A DNA stretch of 57,558 nucleotides, from NCBI GenBank assembly GCA_963205165.1, contig CAUJJX010000313.1, positions 1 to 57,558 of the forward strand. The letters are read 5' to 3'. Made by a program: the position numbers and the translations under genes. Below, piece after piece: positions 47,193 through 56,693 of the stretch (positions are counted from its first letter, which is position 1; the number at the start of each line of letters is the position of its first letter). The notes beneath the pieces are model-generated. The model ran no database searches. It saw only the letters and a program-made list of their open reading frames with translations, and was not told the origin of the DNA. This DNA is from Pseudomonadota bacterium. GTDB taxonomy: Bacteria > Pseudomonadota > Gammaproteobacteria > Burkholderiales > Ga0077523.

Positions 47193-48992
47193 ATGCGGAA
47201 TATCGATGCGTGGCGTCGCTGGCTGCCGGCGCTTCCGATCCTCGACTGGGGACGCCGTTACGACCGCGAAGCGCTGACCGGGGATCTCGTGGCGGCCGTG
47301 ATCGTGACCATCATGCTGATTCCGCAGAGCCTCGCCTACGCCCTGCTCGCCGGCCTGCCGGCCGAGGCCGGCCTCTACGCGAGCGTCGCACCGCTCCTGC
47401 TCTATGCCGTGTTCGGCAGCAGCCGGGTCCTGGCCGTCGGCCCTGTCGCTGTCGTGTCCCTGATGACCGCCACCACGATCGGCGAGTACACCGCGCCGGG
47501 GTCACCCGACTACTGGCCCGCCGCGATCACGCTCGCCTTCCTGTCCGGCGCGATGCTCCTCGCCATGGGGCTCCTGCGGCTGGGTTTCCTCGCCAACTTC
47601 CTGAGCCATCCCGTGATCTCGGGATTCATCTCGGCCTCGGGCATCCTGATCGCCGCGAGCCAGCTGAAGACGCTGATGGGGGTGAAGGCCGAGGGGCACA
47701 CGCTGGTCGACCTGCTGATATCACTGGGCGGCCAGGTGCCGGACACGCACCTGCCGACGTTCGCGATCGGGGCATCGACCGCGGCCTTCCTCTTCTGGGT
47801 CCGCAAGCGGCTCGAGCCGCTGCTGGTGCGCGCGGGTGTCGGCCGCCGACTCGCCGCCGTGATCGCGAAGACCGGCCCCGTGTTCGCCATCGCCGTCACC
47901 GTCACGCTGACGTGGTGGTTCGACCTGCACACGCACGGCGTCCGGATCGCGGGCGCCATCCCCCGGGGTCTGCCGCCGCTGACCATGCCTTCCCTGGACC
48001 TCGTGCTCTGGCGCGAGCTCGCCATGCCGGCCCTGCTCATCAGCGTCGTCGGATTCGTCGAATCGGTATCGGTCGGTCAGACGCTCGCGGCGAAACGGCG
48101 CCAGCGGATCGAACCCGACCAGGAACTCGTCGCGCTGGGTGCCAGCAACCTGTCGGCCTCGTTCACCGGCGGATTCCCGGTGACGGGCGGCTTCGCCCGG
48201 TCCGTCGTGAACTTCGATGCCGGTGCCCGGACACCGGCGGCGGGCGCGTTCACTGCCGTCGGGATCGCCGTCGCCTCGCTGCTGCTGACGCCGGCGCTGT
48301 ACTTCCTGCCGCAGGCCACGCTCGCGGCGACGATCGTCGTCGCGGTGATATCGCTCGTCGACTTCGGAATCCTGCGGCGCACCTGGACCTACTCGAAACC
48401 GGACTTCGCGGCCGTCGCGGTGACGCTCGTCGCGACGCTGACGCTCGGCGTCGAACCGGGTCTCGTCGCCGGCGTGGCCGTGTCGCTCGCGCTGTACCTG
48501 TTCCGCACCAGCCGGCCGCACATCGCGATGGTCGGGCTGGTGCCGGGCACCGAACACTTCCGGAACGTGCTCCGGCACCAGGTGCTCGTCAGCCCGCGAC
48601 TCGTCAGCCTGCGCGTGGACGAGAGCCTGTACTTCGCGAATGCCCGGAGCCTCGAGGACCGCGTCAACGACGCCGTGGCGAACCATCCGGACCTGCGTCA
48701 CGTCGTGCTGCAATGCTCGGCCATCAACGACATCGATGCGAGCGCGCTGGAGAGCCTGGAATCCATCGAGGCCCGCCTCCGGGACGCCGGCATCGCGCTG
48801 CATCTGTCCGAGGTGAAGGGCCCCGTCATGGACCGCCTCCAGGCGACGGACTTCGTGCGCCATCTCAGCGGCCGGATCTTCCTGACGCAGTTCCAGGCGA
48901 TCGCCGCGCTGACGCCCGAACTCCTCGCGGCGCGCTCGGCAACCGGGCCAGCTGGAGAGCCCGCGGAGCTGCCTCCCCGGTCGGTCGGATAA
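47193..48992 (+). CDS. SulP-family anion (sulfate-type) permease with C-terminal STAS domain
   Basis: In-frame ATG of ORF 47121..48992. SulP N-terminal signature (DLVAAVIVTIMLIPQSLAYALLAGLP), many TM helices and a STAS-like C-terminus. Confidence 0.88.
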   Translation: MRNIDAWRRWLPALPILDWGRRYDREALTGDLVAAVIVTIMLIPQSLAYALLAGLPAEAGLYASVAPLLLYAVFGSSRVLAVGPVAVVSLMTATTIGEYTAPGSPDYWPAAITLAFLSGAMLLAMGLLRLGFLANFLSHPVISGFISASGILIAASQLKTLMGVKAEGHTLVDLLISLGGQVPDTHLPTFAIGASTAAFLFWVRKRLEPLLVRAGVGRRLAAVIAKTGPVFAIAVTVTLTWWFDLHTHGVRIAGAIPRGLPPLTMPSLDLVLWRELAMPALLISVVGFVESVSVGQTLAAKRRQRIEPDQELVALGASNLSASFTGGFPVTGGFARSVVNFDAGARTPAAGAFTAVGIAVASLLLTPALYFLPQATLAATIVVAVISLVDFGILRRTWTYSKPDFAAVAVTLVATLTLGVEPGLVAGVAVSLALYLFRTSRPHIAMVGLVPGTEHFRNVLRHQVLVSPRLVSLRVDESLYFANARSLEDRVNDAVANHPDLRHVVLQCSAINDIDASALESLESIEARLRDAGIALHLSEVKGPVMDRLQATDFVRHLSGRIFLTQFQAIAALTPELLAARSATGPAGEPAELPPRSVG

Positions 48993-49366
48993 CCCTCGCG
49001 AATCGCTGACGGCGCGGACGGCGGCGGGCACCGGGCTCCCCGGAAACCGGCCAGCCGCGCTGATTCTCCTGACATATGTCATGACAACGCCATCCCGACA
49101 AACTATCGTTGCAGGTGGGCGGCAGGTCGTGTTGTCCCGCGCGAAGCCGATGCAGGGCGTCCGCGCCTTCGCGACCTTCGCTGCCCGGCCGGTCGCCGGT
49201 TTCGACGAGCCCTAAAGTAGTCGCGGGCCCCGTCGTAAATCGCTCCCGGAAACTGCATTCAACAACCCGCTGCACCTGCTCGGCAGCCCCCCCCCGGCCG
49301 ACGAGATTGAACGGGCTCCGGATGCAGGTTCGCCCACCGCCAATACGAACCAAGGACCAATCAAAT

Positions 49367-50266
49367 ATGAAGAACTCCGTGAACCGCTTCGGCAAGATCG
49401 CCATGCCCGTCCTCCTGATGGGTCTCCTCGCCGGTTGTGCCACCAACCAGCAGATGGCGCAGCTGAACAAGTCGATCGCCGATCTGAAGTCGGCCTCGGA
49501 CGAGACCCGCGGCGTGGCCCAGGACGCGTCGATCAAGGCCGCCGCCGCCACGAAGGCGAGCGACGACGCGCGGAACGCTTCGACGGCCGCCGTGAAGCGC
49601 TCGGACGAAGCCGCCGCCACCGCCGACCGTGCCGCGCGCACGAGCGACGAAGCGAAGTCGGCCTCGCAGGCTGCCGTCCAGCGTTCCGACGAAGCCGCCG
49701 CGGCCTCCGCCCGTGCCGACACGACGAGCGCCGAAGCCCGCACCACCGCCCTGTCTGCCCTGACGTCGGCCTCGAACGCCAGCGATCTCGCGAATTCGGC
49801 CGTGAAGCGCTCGGAAGAATCCTTCCTGTCCGCCGACCGCGCCAATGGCACGAGCGACGCCGCGAACACGGCCGCCCAGGCCGCCGTCCAGCGTTCGGAC
49901 GAAGCGGCGAAGCTGGCCGAGCGCGCCGACAACACCAGCGGCGAAGCCAAGCGCATCTCGCAGGCCGCCCAGCAGCGTTCGGAACAGGCGCACAACATCG
50001 CCGAGTTCTCGAACGCCGTGTCCGAGCGTGCCATCAAGAACAGCGAGCAGGCGAAGCAGTTCTCCGAGACCGCGAAGGACAAGTTCGAAGCGACGTTCGC
50101 CGTTGCGAAGCAGGCCGAAGTGACGGCCTACGAAGCAGCGTCGACGGCAGCCAACGCCAAGTCGGTGGCCGCTTCGGTGGCGGCAACGGCGCACGAAGCC
50201 CGTGCCGCGGCCTACGATGCCAAGTCGGTGGCCTACGGTCTGAAGGCCGAAAGCGCCAAGAAGTAA
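49367..50266 (+). CDS. alanine-rich coiled-coil repeat lipoprotein (Lpp/alanine-zipper-like)
   Basis: In-frame ATG of ORF 49109..50266. Signal peptide with lipobox LLAGC. The remainder is Ala/Ser/Asp/Glu-rich with repeats in a heptad-compatible 28-residue period. A strong terminator follows. Confidence 0.8.
   Translation: MKNSVNRFGKIAMPVLLMGLLAGCATNQQMAQLNKSIADLKSASDETRGVAQDASIKAAAATKASDDARNASTAAVKRSDEAAATADRAARTSDEAKSASQAAVQRSDEAAAASARADTTSAEARTTALSALTSASNASDLANSAVKRSEESFLSADRANGTSDAANTAAQAAVQRSDEAAKLAERADNTSGEAKRISQAAQQRSEQAHNIAEFSNAVSERAIKNSEQAKQFSETAKDKFEATFAVAKQAEVTAYEAASTAANAKSVAASVAATAHEARAAAYDAKSVAYGLKAESAKK
49586..50005 (+). repeat. tandem 210-nt (70-codon) duplication with 84-nt (28-codon) sub-repeats inside the lipoprotein gene
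   Basis: CGTGAAGCGCTCGGA occurs at 49591 and 49801. CCGTCCAGCGTTC occurs at 49674 and 49884. Both pairs are offset by exactly 210 nt. The two motif types are offset by about 84 nt. Confidence 0.7.
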
Positions 50267-50285
50267 TCGGACCTCCGGTTCCGGG

Positions 50286-50319
50286 AAAAGCCGCGGCATT
50301 CGTGCCGCGGCTTTTTTTT
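50286..50319. terminator. bidirectional rho-independent terminator
   Basis: AAAA-GCCGCGGCA-TTCG-TGCCGCGGC-TTTTTTTT, between the convergent lipoprotein and AraC genes. Confidence 0.78.
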
Positions 50320-50329
50320 GGCAAACGGC

Positions 50330-51217
50330 TCAGGACTTCGCCACGAAGAACCGGCTGGGCGGCGCCCCCACCGAGCGCGTCACCATCGCCGTGAAGGCAC
50401 TGGCACTCGAGTAACCGAGTTCGGCTGCGATGTGGCTCATCGGCTTCTTGTGGGCGGCCATCGAGAGCGCGCGTGCAAGCAGCACCTGCCGGCGCCACTG
50501 CAGGAAGGTCGTGCCGAGCTCCTGCCGGAAGAGACGGGCCACCGTTCGTGGACTGGCACCGGCCTCCGCCGCCCAGGCATCGAGCGTCGCGTGACGGGTC
50601 GGTTCGGCGAGCACTGCCTCGCAGAGCGTGCGAAGCCGCTTGTCACGCGGCAGGTCGACACCGATCCGCACCGGACTCGCACGGCGCAGTTCGTCGAGCG
50701 CGAGCGCCGCCAGATGCTGTTCCCGGTGCATGTCCGCCGGACCGAAACCCGCGGGGTTCCGCGTCCCCGCCTCCGGATCGACTTCGTCCGGACGCGTATC
50801 GAGCGCCATGACGAGCGCCCGCAGCAGCGGCGAGACCTCGAGCACCCGACACTGCCGCCACGACGCTTCGTCCCGCCGCGGCACGCCCGGACCACAGCGC
50901 CCCGCCGGCTGGTGCAGATAGAGCGTCCGGACGTCGCTGTCTTCCACCATCGTCACCGCGTGCTCGACTCCGGGCGGAATCCACAGCGCCCTCGACGGCG
51001 GCACGATGAAGGTGCCGTGCTCGGCCGTCAGACGCACCACGCCCGTCGACGACATCGTGACCTGCGCCCAGTCGTGACTGTGCGGAAGAACCCGGGTGTC
51101 GGCGCGGAGCAGATGCGACTTCGCACGGAGCGGGCGGCGCTCGTCCGGCATGAACAGGTGCGGGGTGACGGCGTGAGCGAGAACGGCGGGTGGACGTTTC
51201 CGGGCGGGCATCGGCAT
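50330..51217 (-). CDS. AraC-family transcriptional regulator (cupin sensor + HTH)
   Basis: Cupin-like N-terminal half and a C-terminal AraC HTH (IAAELGYSSASAFTAMV). I chose the start at ATG 51217. The track ORF extends to 51265. Confidence 0.85.
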   Translation of the reverse strand: MPMPARKRPPAVLAHAVTPHLFMPDERRPLRAKSHLLRADTRVLPHSHDWAQVTMSSTGVVRLTAEHGTFIVPPSRALWIPPGVEHAVTMVEDSDVRTLYLHQPAGRCGPGVPRRDEASWRQCRVLEVSPLLRALVMALDTRPDEVDPEAGTRNPAGFGPADMHREQHLAALALDELRRASPVRIGVDLPRDKRLRTLCEAVLAEPTRHATLDAWAAEAGASPRTVARLFRQELGTTFLQWRRQVLLARALSMAAHKKPMSHIAAELGYSSASAFTAMVTRSVGAPPSRFFVAKS

Positions 51218-51303
51218 TCCTCGGCGCGGCGACTGGCAGGATCGCGACAGAACTTGTCGTTTCATCGTAACAGCGCCGCTCCGGGCGGGCCTACAGTCCG
51301 GCC

Positions 51304-52566
51304 ATGAAATCGATCACCTCGACCTTCCCGCCCGCAGCGGCCCCGACCCGATCCGTCCGTGACGACGTCCGGACCATCGGACTCATCGGCCTCGCCCACG
51401 GGACATCCCACTTCTTCCACCTGCTCCTGCCGCCGCTCTTCCCCTGGTTCATCGCAGAGTCCGGCTTCACGTATTCCGAACTCGGGTTGCTGGTCACGGT
51501 GTTCTTCCTGATCTCCGGCCTCGGCCAGGCCTCCGCCGGATTCGTCGTCGACCGCCTGGGCGCGCGTCCGGTCCTGTTCGTCGCGATGGCCTGTTTCGTC
51601 GCCGCAGGACTGGCCGGCGCGGTGCTCCCGGGGTACGGCGGACTGATGGTTGCCGCTGCGCTCGCCGGGCTCGGCAACGCACCCTTCCATCCGATCGACT
51701 TCACGATCCTGAACAAGCGCGTCTCGGCGCCGCGTCTCGGTCACGGGTTCTCGGTCCACGGCATCTCCGGCAACCTCGGATGGGCGGCCGCACCGGTGTT
51801 CCTCACGGGAATCACCGCGCTGACCGGGTCGTGGCGCATGGCGATGTTCGCTGCCGCGCTGGTCGCGCTCGTGGTGCTCGTGATCCTGTTCGTCGGACGC
51901 GATGCCATCGACGATCGCCAGGGCGCCTGGGCCCACGAGACCGCAGCGAAACACGGCGGCAAGCCGGCGGCAGCCGCGCATCCGTTCGCGTTCCTGCGGG
52001 AACCGTCGGTCTGGCTGTGCTTCTCGTTCTTCTTCTTCTCGACGTGCGCACTCAGCGCGATCCAGGGCTTCTCGAGTCCGGCGCTCCAGCAACTCTACGG
52101 ACTCCCGCTCGGCATCACGTCGCTCGTCGTGACAGGCTTCATGCTGTGCGGTGCCGGCGGCATGCTCATCGGCGGCTTCCTCGTGGCGCGCGCCGAACGG
52201 CTGGAACAGATCATCGGGGTCTGCCTCCTCGCGTCCGCCGTGCTCCTCGGCCTGGTGGGGCTCGGCATCCTGCCCGGGATGGTGGCCGTCGCGTTCGCCG
52301 CGCTCGCCGGACTGGGTACCGGCCTGGCCGGCCCGTCGCGCGACATGCTGATCAAGCGTGCCGCACCGCCCGGTGCCACGGGGCGCGTCTACGGGACCGT
52401 CTATTCCGGACTCGACCTCGGCTTCGCCATGGCCTCGCCGCTGTTCGGCGCCCTGCTCGACCGCGGACAGGCCGGCGGCGTGTTCTACGGTTCCGCGTTC
52501 GCGCTCGTGCTCGGCGTCGCATCGGCGGCCGTGGTCGGGTCGCGCGTCGCCCACGCCCGCCGCTAG
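51304..52566 (+). CDS. MFS transporter
   Basis: 420-aa ORF with about 12 TM helices. It contains an MFS loop motif (VDRLGARP). Divergent from the AraC regulator. Confidence 0.85.
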   Translation: MKSITSTFPPAAAPTRSVRDDVRTIGLIGLAHGTSHFFHLLLPPLFPWFIAESGFTYSELGLLVTVFFLISGLGQASAGFVVDRLGARPVLFVAMACFVAAGLAGAVLPGYGGLMVAAALAGLGNAPFHPIDFTILNKRVSAPRLGHGFSVHGISGNLGWAAAPVFLTGITALTGSWRMAMFAAALVALVVLVILFVGRDAIDDRQGAWAHETAAKHGGKPAAAAHPFAFLREPSVWLCFSFFFFSTCALSAIQGFSSPALQQLYGLPLGITSLVVTGFMLCGAGGMLIGGFLVARAERLEQIIGVCLLASAVLLGLVGLGILPGMVAVAFAALAGLGTGLAGPSRDMLIKRAAPPGATGRVYGTVYSGLDLGFAMASPLFGALLDRGQAGGVFYGSAFALVLGVASAAVVGSRVAHARR

Positions 52567-52998
52567 CCACTTTCCACCTCCGCCGACGGCCTCGACCGGA
52601 CACCGGACACACCCGGCTTCCGCAGGGATATCCGGGCTGTGTCCACGGTTGCACGGCCCGGGGGCCGTCCGTATCATCGAACGCGTCGCCAATCGATCAT
52701 CGCGCCTCGATCTTTTCCCCGGGCGACGGGTCGGTGCCGGATCTTCCCGATCCGGGCGACGACCGCGGGCCCTGCAGCACCGGCGCCCGAAACGCCGTCC
52801 GAACGTTCCATCCCAGTCTTTGCATCGCGGCACGCTCCAGTTGGAGCCTGTCCGGGACTTCGACCGCGAGTTCGATGCCCTGCGTTCGGTCGGCGTTCAA
52901 TGGCGTCGATCGACGCGCGACGATCCGCGGCGTGATCCGGCGCCGTCCGTGCGCGATCCACGATCGCGGTGACCTTCCTCCAGCTTCGTCGGAACTCC

Positions 52999-53793
52999 AT
53001 GCCCGTAGAAATCAAGTCGCCCCAGGATATCGAGAAGATGCGCGTCGCCTGCCGTCTGGCCGCCGAGGTGCTCGACTTCATCGAGCCCCATGTCCGCGCC
53101 GGTGTCACGACCGACCAGATCGACCGCCTGTGCCACGACTACATGGTCGATGTGCAGGGCTGCATCCCCGCGCCGCTGAACTACGCGCCGCCCGGCTACA
53201 AGCCCTACCCGAAGAGCATCTGCACGTCGATCAACCACGTCGTCTGCCACGGCGTGCCCGGCCCGAAGGCGCTCAAGAACGGCGACATCGTCAATCTCGA
53301 CATCACGGTCATCAAGGACGGCTTCCACGGCGACACGAGCCGGATGTTCCATGTCGGTGAACCGTCGATCCAGGCGCGCCGCCTGTGCGATCTCACGTTC
53401 GACTGCATGTGGCGCGGGATCCGCGCCGTGCGGCCCGGAGCGCATCTCGGCGACATCGGCCACGTCATCCAGACGTATGCGGAAGCCAACGGCTTCAGTG
53501 TCGTGCGCGAGTTCTGCGGCCACGGCATCGGCCGCCGCTTCCACGAGGAGCCGCAGGTGCTGCACTACGGCCGCGCCGGCACCGGCATCGCGCTGCTGCC
53601 GGGCATGATCTTCACCATCGAGCCGATGATCAACGCAGGCAAGGCCGCCATCCGCCAGCTCGGCGACGGCTGGACCATCGTCACGAAGGACCACAGCCTC
53701 TCCGCGCAGTGGGAGCACACGGTCCTGGTGACCGAGGACGGCTTCGAGGTCCTGACGTTGTCCGCCGGCGCACCACCCGCCCCCGCGCTCTGA
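52999..53793 (+). CDS. map: type I methionine aminopeptidase
   Basis: In-frame ATG of ORF 52969..53793. Contains IKSPQDIEKMR and metal-ligand contexts (VCHGVP, DITV, FCGHGIG, TIEPMI, EHTV). Confidence 0.95.
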   Translation: MPVEIKSPQDIEKMRVACRLAAEVLDFIEPHVRAGVTTDQIDRLCHDYMVDVQGCIPAPLNYAPPGYKPYPKSICTSINHVVCHGVPGPKALKNGDIVNLDITVIKDGFHGDTSRMFHVGEPSIQARRLCDLTFDCMWRGIRAVRPGAHLGDIGHVIQTYAEANGFSVVREFCGHGIGRRFHEEPQVLHYGRAGTGIALLPGMIFTIEPMINAGKAAIRQLGDGWTIVTKDHSLSAQWEHTVLVTEDGFEVLTLSAGAPPAPAL

Positions 53794-53800
53794 GAACGGC

Positions 53801-56395
53801 ATGGGCGACGACGTTTCGTCCGCTCCCGCCCCGTTCGACGCACGGGAGTTCACCGCCCGCGGTCGGCAGTCGCTGAAGGACGGCCGCGAGCGCCTCGCGA
53901 AGCGCTTCGTCGAATCCGGTCACGCCGGGCAGATCCTCGCGCGCCAGAGCGACCTCGTCGACGGCGTCCTGCGCGAAGCCTGGCGCGGGCTGATGCCCCC
54001 GGATGCCGCGCTCGTCGCGGTCGGCGGCTACGGCCGCGGCCAGATGTTCCCGCACTCCGACGTCGATCTGCTGATCCTGCTGCCGGACGGCGCGATTGCC
54101 GCGCACCAGTCGGCCATCGAAACCTTCATCGGCGTCCTCTGGGACCTCGGCCTCGAGATCGGTCACAGCACCCGGACCGTCGACCAGTGCATCGAGCAGG
54201 GCCGCGTCGACATCACGGTGCAGACCAACCTGCTCGAGGCCCGCCGACTCGACGGCGACGTCGCACTCTTCGAACAGCTCCGGGCCGCCTTCATCGGCGC
54301 CCTCGATCCGCGGGCGTTCTGCGAAGCGAAGCTGCTCGAGCAGCAGCAGCGCCACACGCGGTTCAACGACATCGCGTACAGCCTCGAACCGAACCTGAAG
54401 GAGAACCCCGGCGGTCTGCGCGACCTCCAGGTGATCCTGTGGGTCGCGCGCGCGAGCGGCATGGGGGCGTCGTGGCACGACCTCACGACCCACGGAATCC
54501 TGACGCCGGTCGAGGCCACGCGGCTCACGCGACACGAGGCCGTGCTGCAAGGCCTGCGCATCCGCCTGCACCACCTCCTCGGCCGTCGCGAGGACCGTCT
54601 CCTGTTCGATCTCCAGGGACGTCTCGCGCAGCAGTTCGACCTCGTCGATTCTCCCGCACGTCGCGCGAGCGAACAGCTGATGCAGCGCTTCTACCGGACG
54701 GCGAAGGCCGTGCTGCAGCTGTCGAGCATCGTGCTCGCCAATCTCCGCAGCCGATTGTTTCCCGCACCGGATGCCACGCCGCTCGTGTTGAGCGACCGGT
54801 TCCGCATCACGAACGAACTGCTCGAGCTCGCCGTCCCGGATCTCTTCGACCGCGAGCCCGGCGCGATCCTCGAGACCTTCCTGGTCTGGCAGCGACACCC
54901 CGAGATCAAGGGGCTCGCGGCGTCGACGCAGCGCGCGCTGTGGCACGCGCGCCGTCACGTGAACGCCGCCTTCCGCCACGAGCCCGCGAATCGCGAACTG
55001 TTCATGCAGATGCTCCGGGAGCCCTCCGGTCTCACGCACACGCTGCGCCGCCTCAACCGATTCGGGCTGCTGGGGCTCTACATCCCGGCCTTCGGACGCA
55101 TCGTCGGCCGCATGCAGCACGACCTCTTCCACGTGTACACCGTGGACGAGCACATCCTGATGGTCGTCCGGAATCTCCGGCGCTTCGCGATCACCGAGAT
55201 GGCGCACGAGTACCCGCTGTGCTCCCGCCTCATGACCGACTTCGCGCGGCCCGAGGTGCTGTACCTCGCGGGCCTCTTCCACGACATCGCGAAGGGGCGC
55301 GGCGGCGACCATTCCGCGCTCGGACGCGTCGATGCATTGCGTTTCGCGCGGTCCCACGGACTCTCTCGCGAGGACGCCGATCTCGTCGCGTGGCTCGTCG
55401 AGCACCACCTCACGATGTCCGCGACGGCGCAGAAGCAGGATCTCTCCGACCCCGCCGTGGTCCAGCGCTTCGCGGATCTCGTCGGCGACGAACGCCATCT
55501 CGTCGGGCTCTACCTGCTCACGGTGGCCGACGTCCGCGGGACGAGTCCGAAGGTCTGGAATGCGTGGAAGGGCAAGCTCCTCGAGGATCTCTTCCGTGCC
55601 GGCCGCCATGCCATCGGCGGAACGGCCGTCGCGCTGGAGGGTTCCCTGAACGACGTGAAGGAACGCGCACGCGTCAGGCTGCTTGCCTACGCCGTTCCCG
55701 AGGGTGCGGAAGACCGTCTCTGGTCACAGCTGGACGACAGCTATTTCCTGCGGCACGACCCGGGCGACATCGCGTGGCACACGCGCCATCTGTTCTTCCG
55801 CGCGGATACCCGCGACGCGATCGTCAAGGCGCGCCTCTCGCCCATCGGCGAAGGCATGGAAGTCTTCGTCTACGTGCCCGACCAGCCGCTGCTGTTCGCC
55901 CGCATCTGCGGCGTCTTCGAGCGGCTGGGCTACAACATCGTCGAGGCGCGCATCTACACGACCCGCGCGGGCTACGCGCTCGACCATTTCCTCGTGATGG
56001 ATCCGAGCGGCGTGCAGACGAACTACCGCGACGTGCTCAGTCTCGTGGAGCACGAGCTGTCCGAAAGCCTGCGCGCCGCGGCCCCGCTCGATCCGCCGTC
56101 GCGCGGCCGGGTGTCGCGGCAGCTCAAGGCCTTCCCGCTCACGCCCGAGGTCACGATCCGGCCGGACGAGCGCGGCGTGTTCCACTACCTGTCGCTGATC
56201 GCCGGCGACCGTCCGGGCCTGCTGTCACGGGTCGCGCGCACGCTCGCCGGGTACGACATCCAGGTTCAGAACGCGAAGATCAACACGCTCGGTGCGCGCG
56301 CCGAGGACGTCTTCCTGCTGAAGGGCGATGCGCTGAAAAACGCGAAGACCGTGGTCAGGCTCGAAGCCGACCTCATTCACCAGCTGGAAGGGTGA
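53801..56395 (+). CDS. glnD: [protein-PII] uridylyltransferase/uridylyl-removing enzyme
   Basis: 864-aa ORF with a nucleotidyltransferase domain (GGYGRGQMFPHSDVDLL), an HD domain (FHDIAKG) and two C-terminal ACT domains. Canonical map-glnD adjacency. Confidence 0.95.
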   Translation: MGDDVSSAPAPFDAREFTARGRQSLKDGRERLAKRFVESGHAGQILARQSDLVDGVLREAWRGLMPPDAALVAVGGYGRGQMFPHSDVDLLILLPDGAIAAHQSAIETFIGVLWDLGLEIGHSTRTVDQCIEQGRVDITVQTNLLEARRLDGDVALFEQLRAAFIGALDPRAFCEAKLLEQQQRHTRFNDIAYSLEPNLKENPGGLRDLQVILWVARASGMGASWHDLTTHGILTPVEATRLTRHEAVLQGLRIRLHHLLGRREDRLLFDLQGRLAQQFDLVDSPARRASEQLMQRFYRTAKAVLQLSSIVLANLRSRLFPAPDATPLVLSDRFRITNELLELAVPDLFDREPGAILETFLVWQRHPEIKGLAASTQRALWHARRHVNAAFRHEPANRELFMQMLREPSGLTHTLRRLNRFGLLGLYIPAFGRIVGRMQHDLFHVYTVDEHILMVVRNLRRFAITEMAHEYPLCSRLMTDFARPEVLYLAGLFHDIAKGRGGDHSALGRVDALRFARSHGLSREDADLVAWLVEHHLTMSATAQKQDLSDPAVVQRFADLVGDERHLVGLYLLTVADVRGTSPKVWNAWKGKLLEDLFRAGRHAIGGTAVALEGSLNDVKERARVRLLAYAVPEGAEDRLWSQLDDSYFLRHDPGDIAWHTRHLFFRADTRDAIVKARLSPIGEGMEVFVYVPDQPLLFARICGVFERLGYNIVEARIYTTRAGYALDHFLVMDPSGVQTNYRDVLSLVEHELSESLRAAAPLDPPSRGRVSRQLKAFPLTPEVTIRPDERGVFHYLSLIAGDRPGLLSRVARTLAGYDIQVQNAKINTLGARAEDVFLLKGDALKNAKTVVRLEADLIHQLEG

Positions 56396-56693
56396 TCACG
56401 GGCGGGCTCGCGATCTCGCCTGCATCGCGTTCGATCCGGTAGACCCACGCGAGCAGTTCAGCGATCGCGATGTAGAGCTGCGGCGGGATCCGGGCATCGA
56501 GATCCACCTGCATCAGCATCGCGACGAGCTCGGGCGACTCGTGCACGAAGATCCCGGATTCCTTCGCCTTCTCGATGATCGTGCGGGCCAGCGTACCTCG
56601 GCCCTTCGCGACGACGCGCGGCGCGCCTTCGGACGCCTCGTAAGCCAGTGCGACCGCGATCGACTTCGGATCAGGCGACGTCGTCATCGGCAT
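56373..56693 (-). CDS. FlhB C-terminal-domain-like small protein (EscU/YscU/FlhB family)
   Basis: 106-aa ORF. Contains AVALAYE....PRVVAKGRG..A..I...A...GI.V.E...L. The 3' end overlaps the glnD 3' end by 23 nt (convergent). Confidence 0.8.
   Translation of the reverse strand: MPMTTSPDPKSIAVALAYEASEGAPRVVAKGRGTLARTIIEKAKESGIFVHESPELVAMLMQVDLDARIPPQLYIAIAELLAWVYRIERDAGEIASPPVITLPAGE

Noticed and set aside
52567-52998. 432-nt spacer upstream of map with hairpins (GGACACACCCGG...CCGGGCTGTGTCC at 52605..52644; CCGGATC-TTCCC-GATCCGG at 52737..52755) as a possible sRNA.
   Set aside because: I recognised no RNA-family motif, promoter/terminator pair or convincing small ORF by eye. The first hairpin is plausibly just the MFS gene terminator. 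It is left as unexplained spacer rather than a claim.
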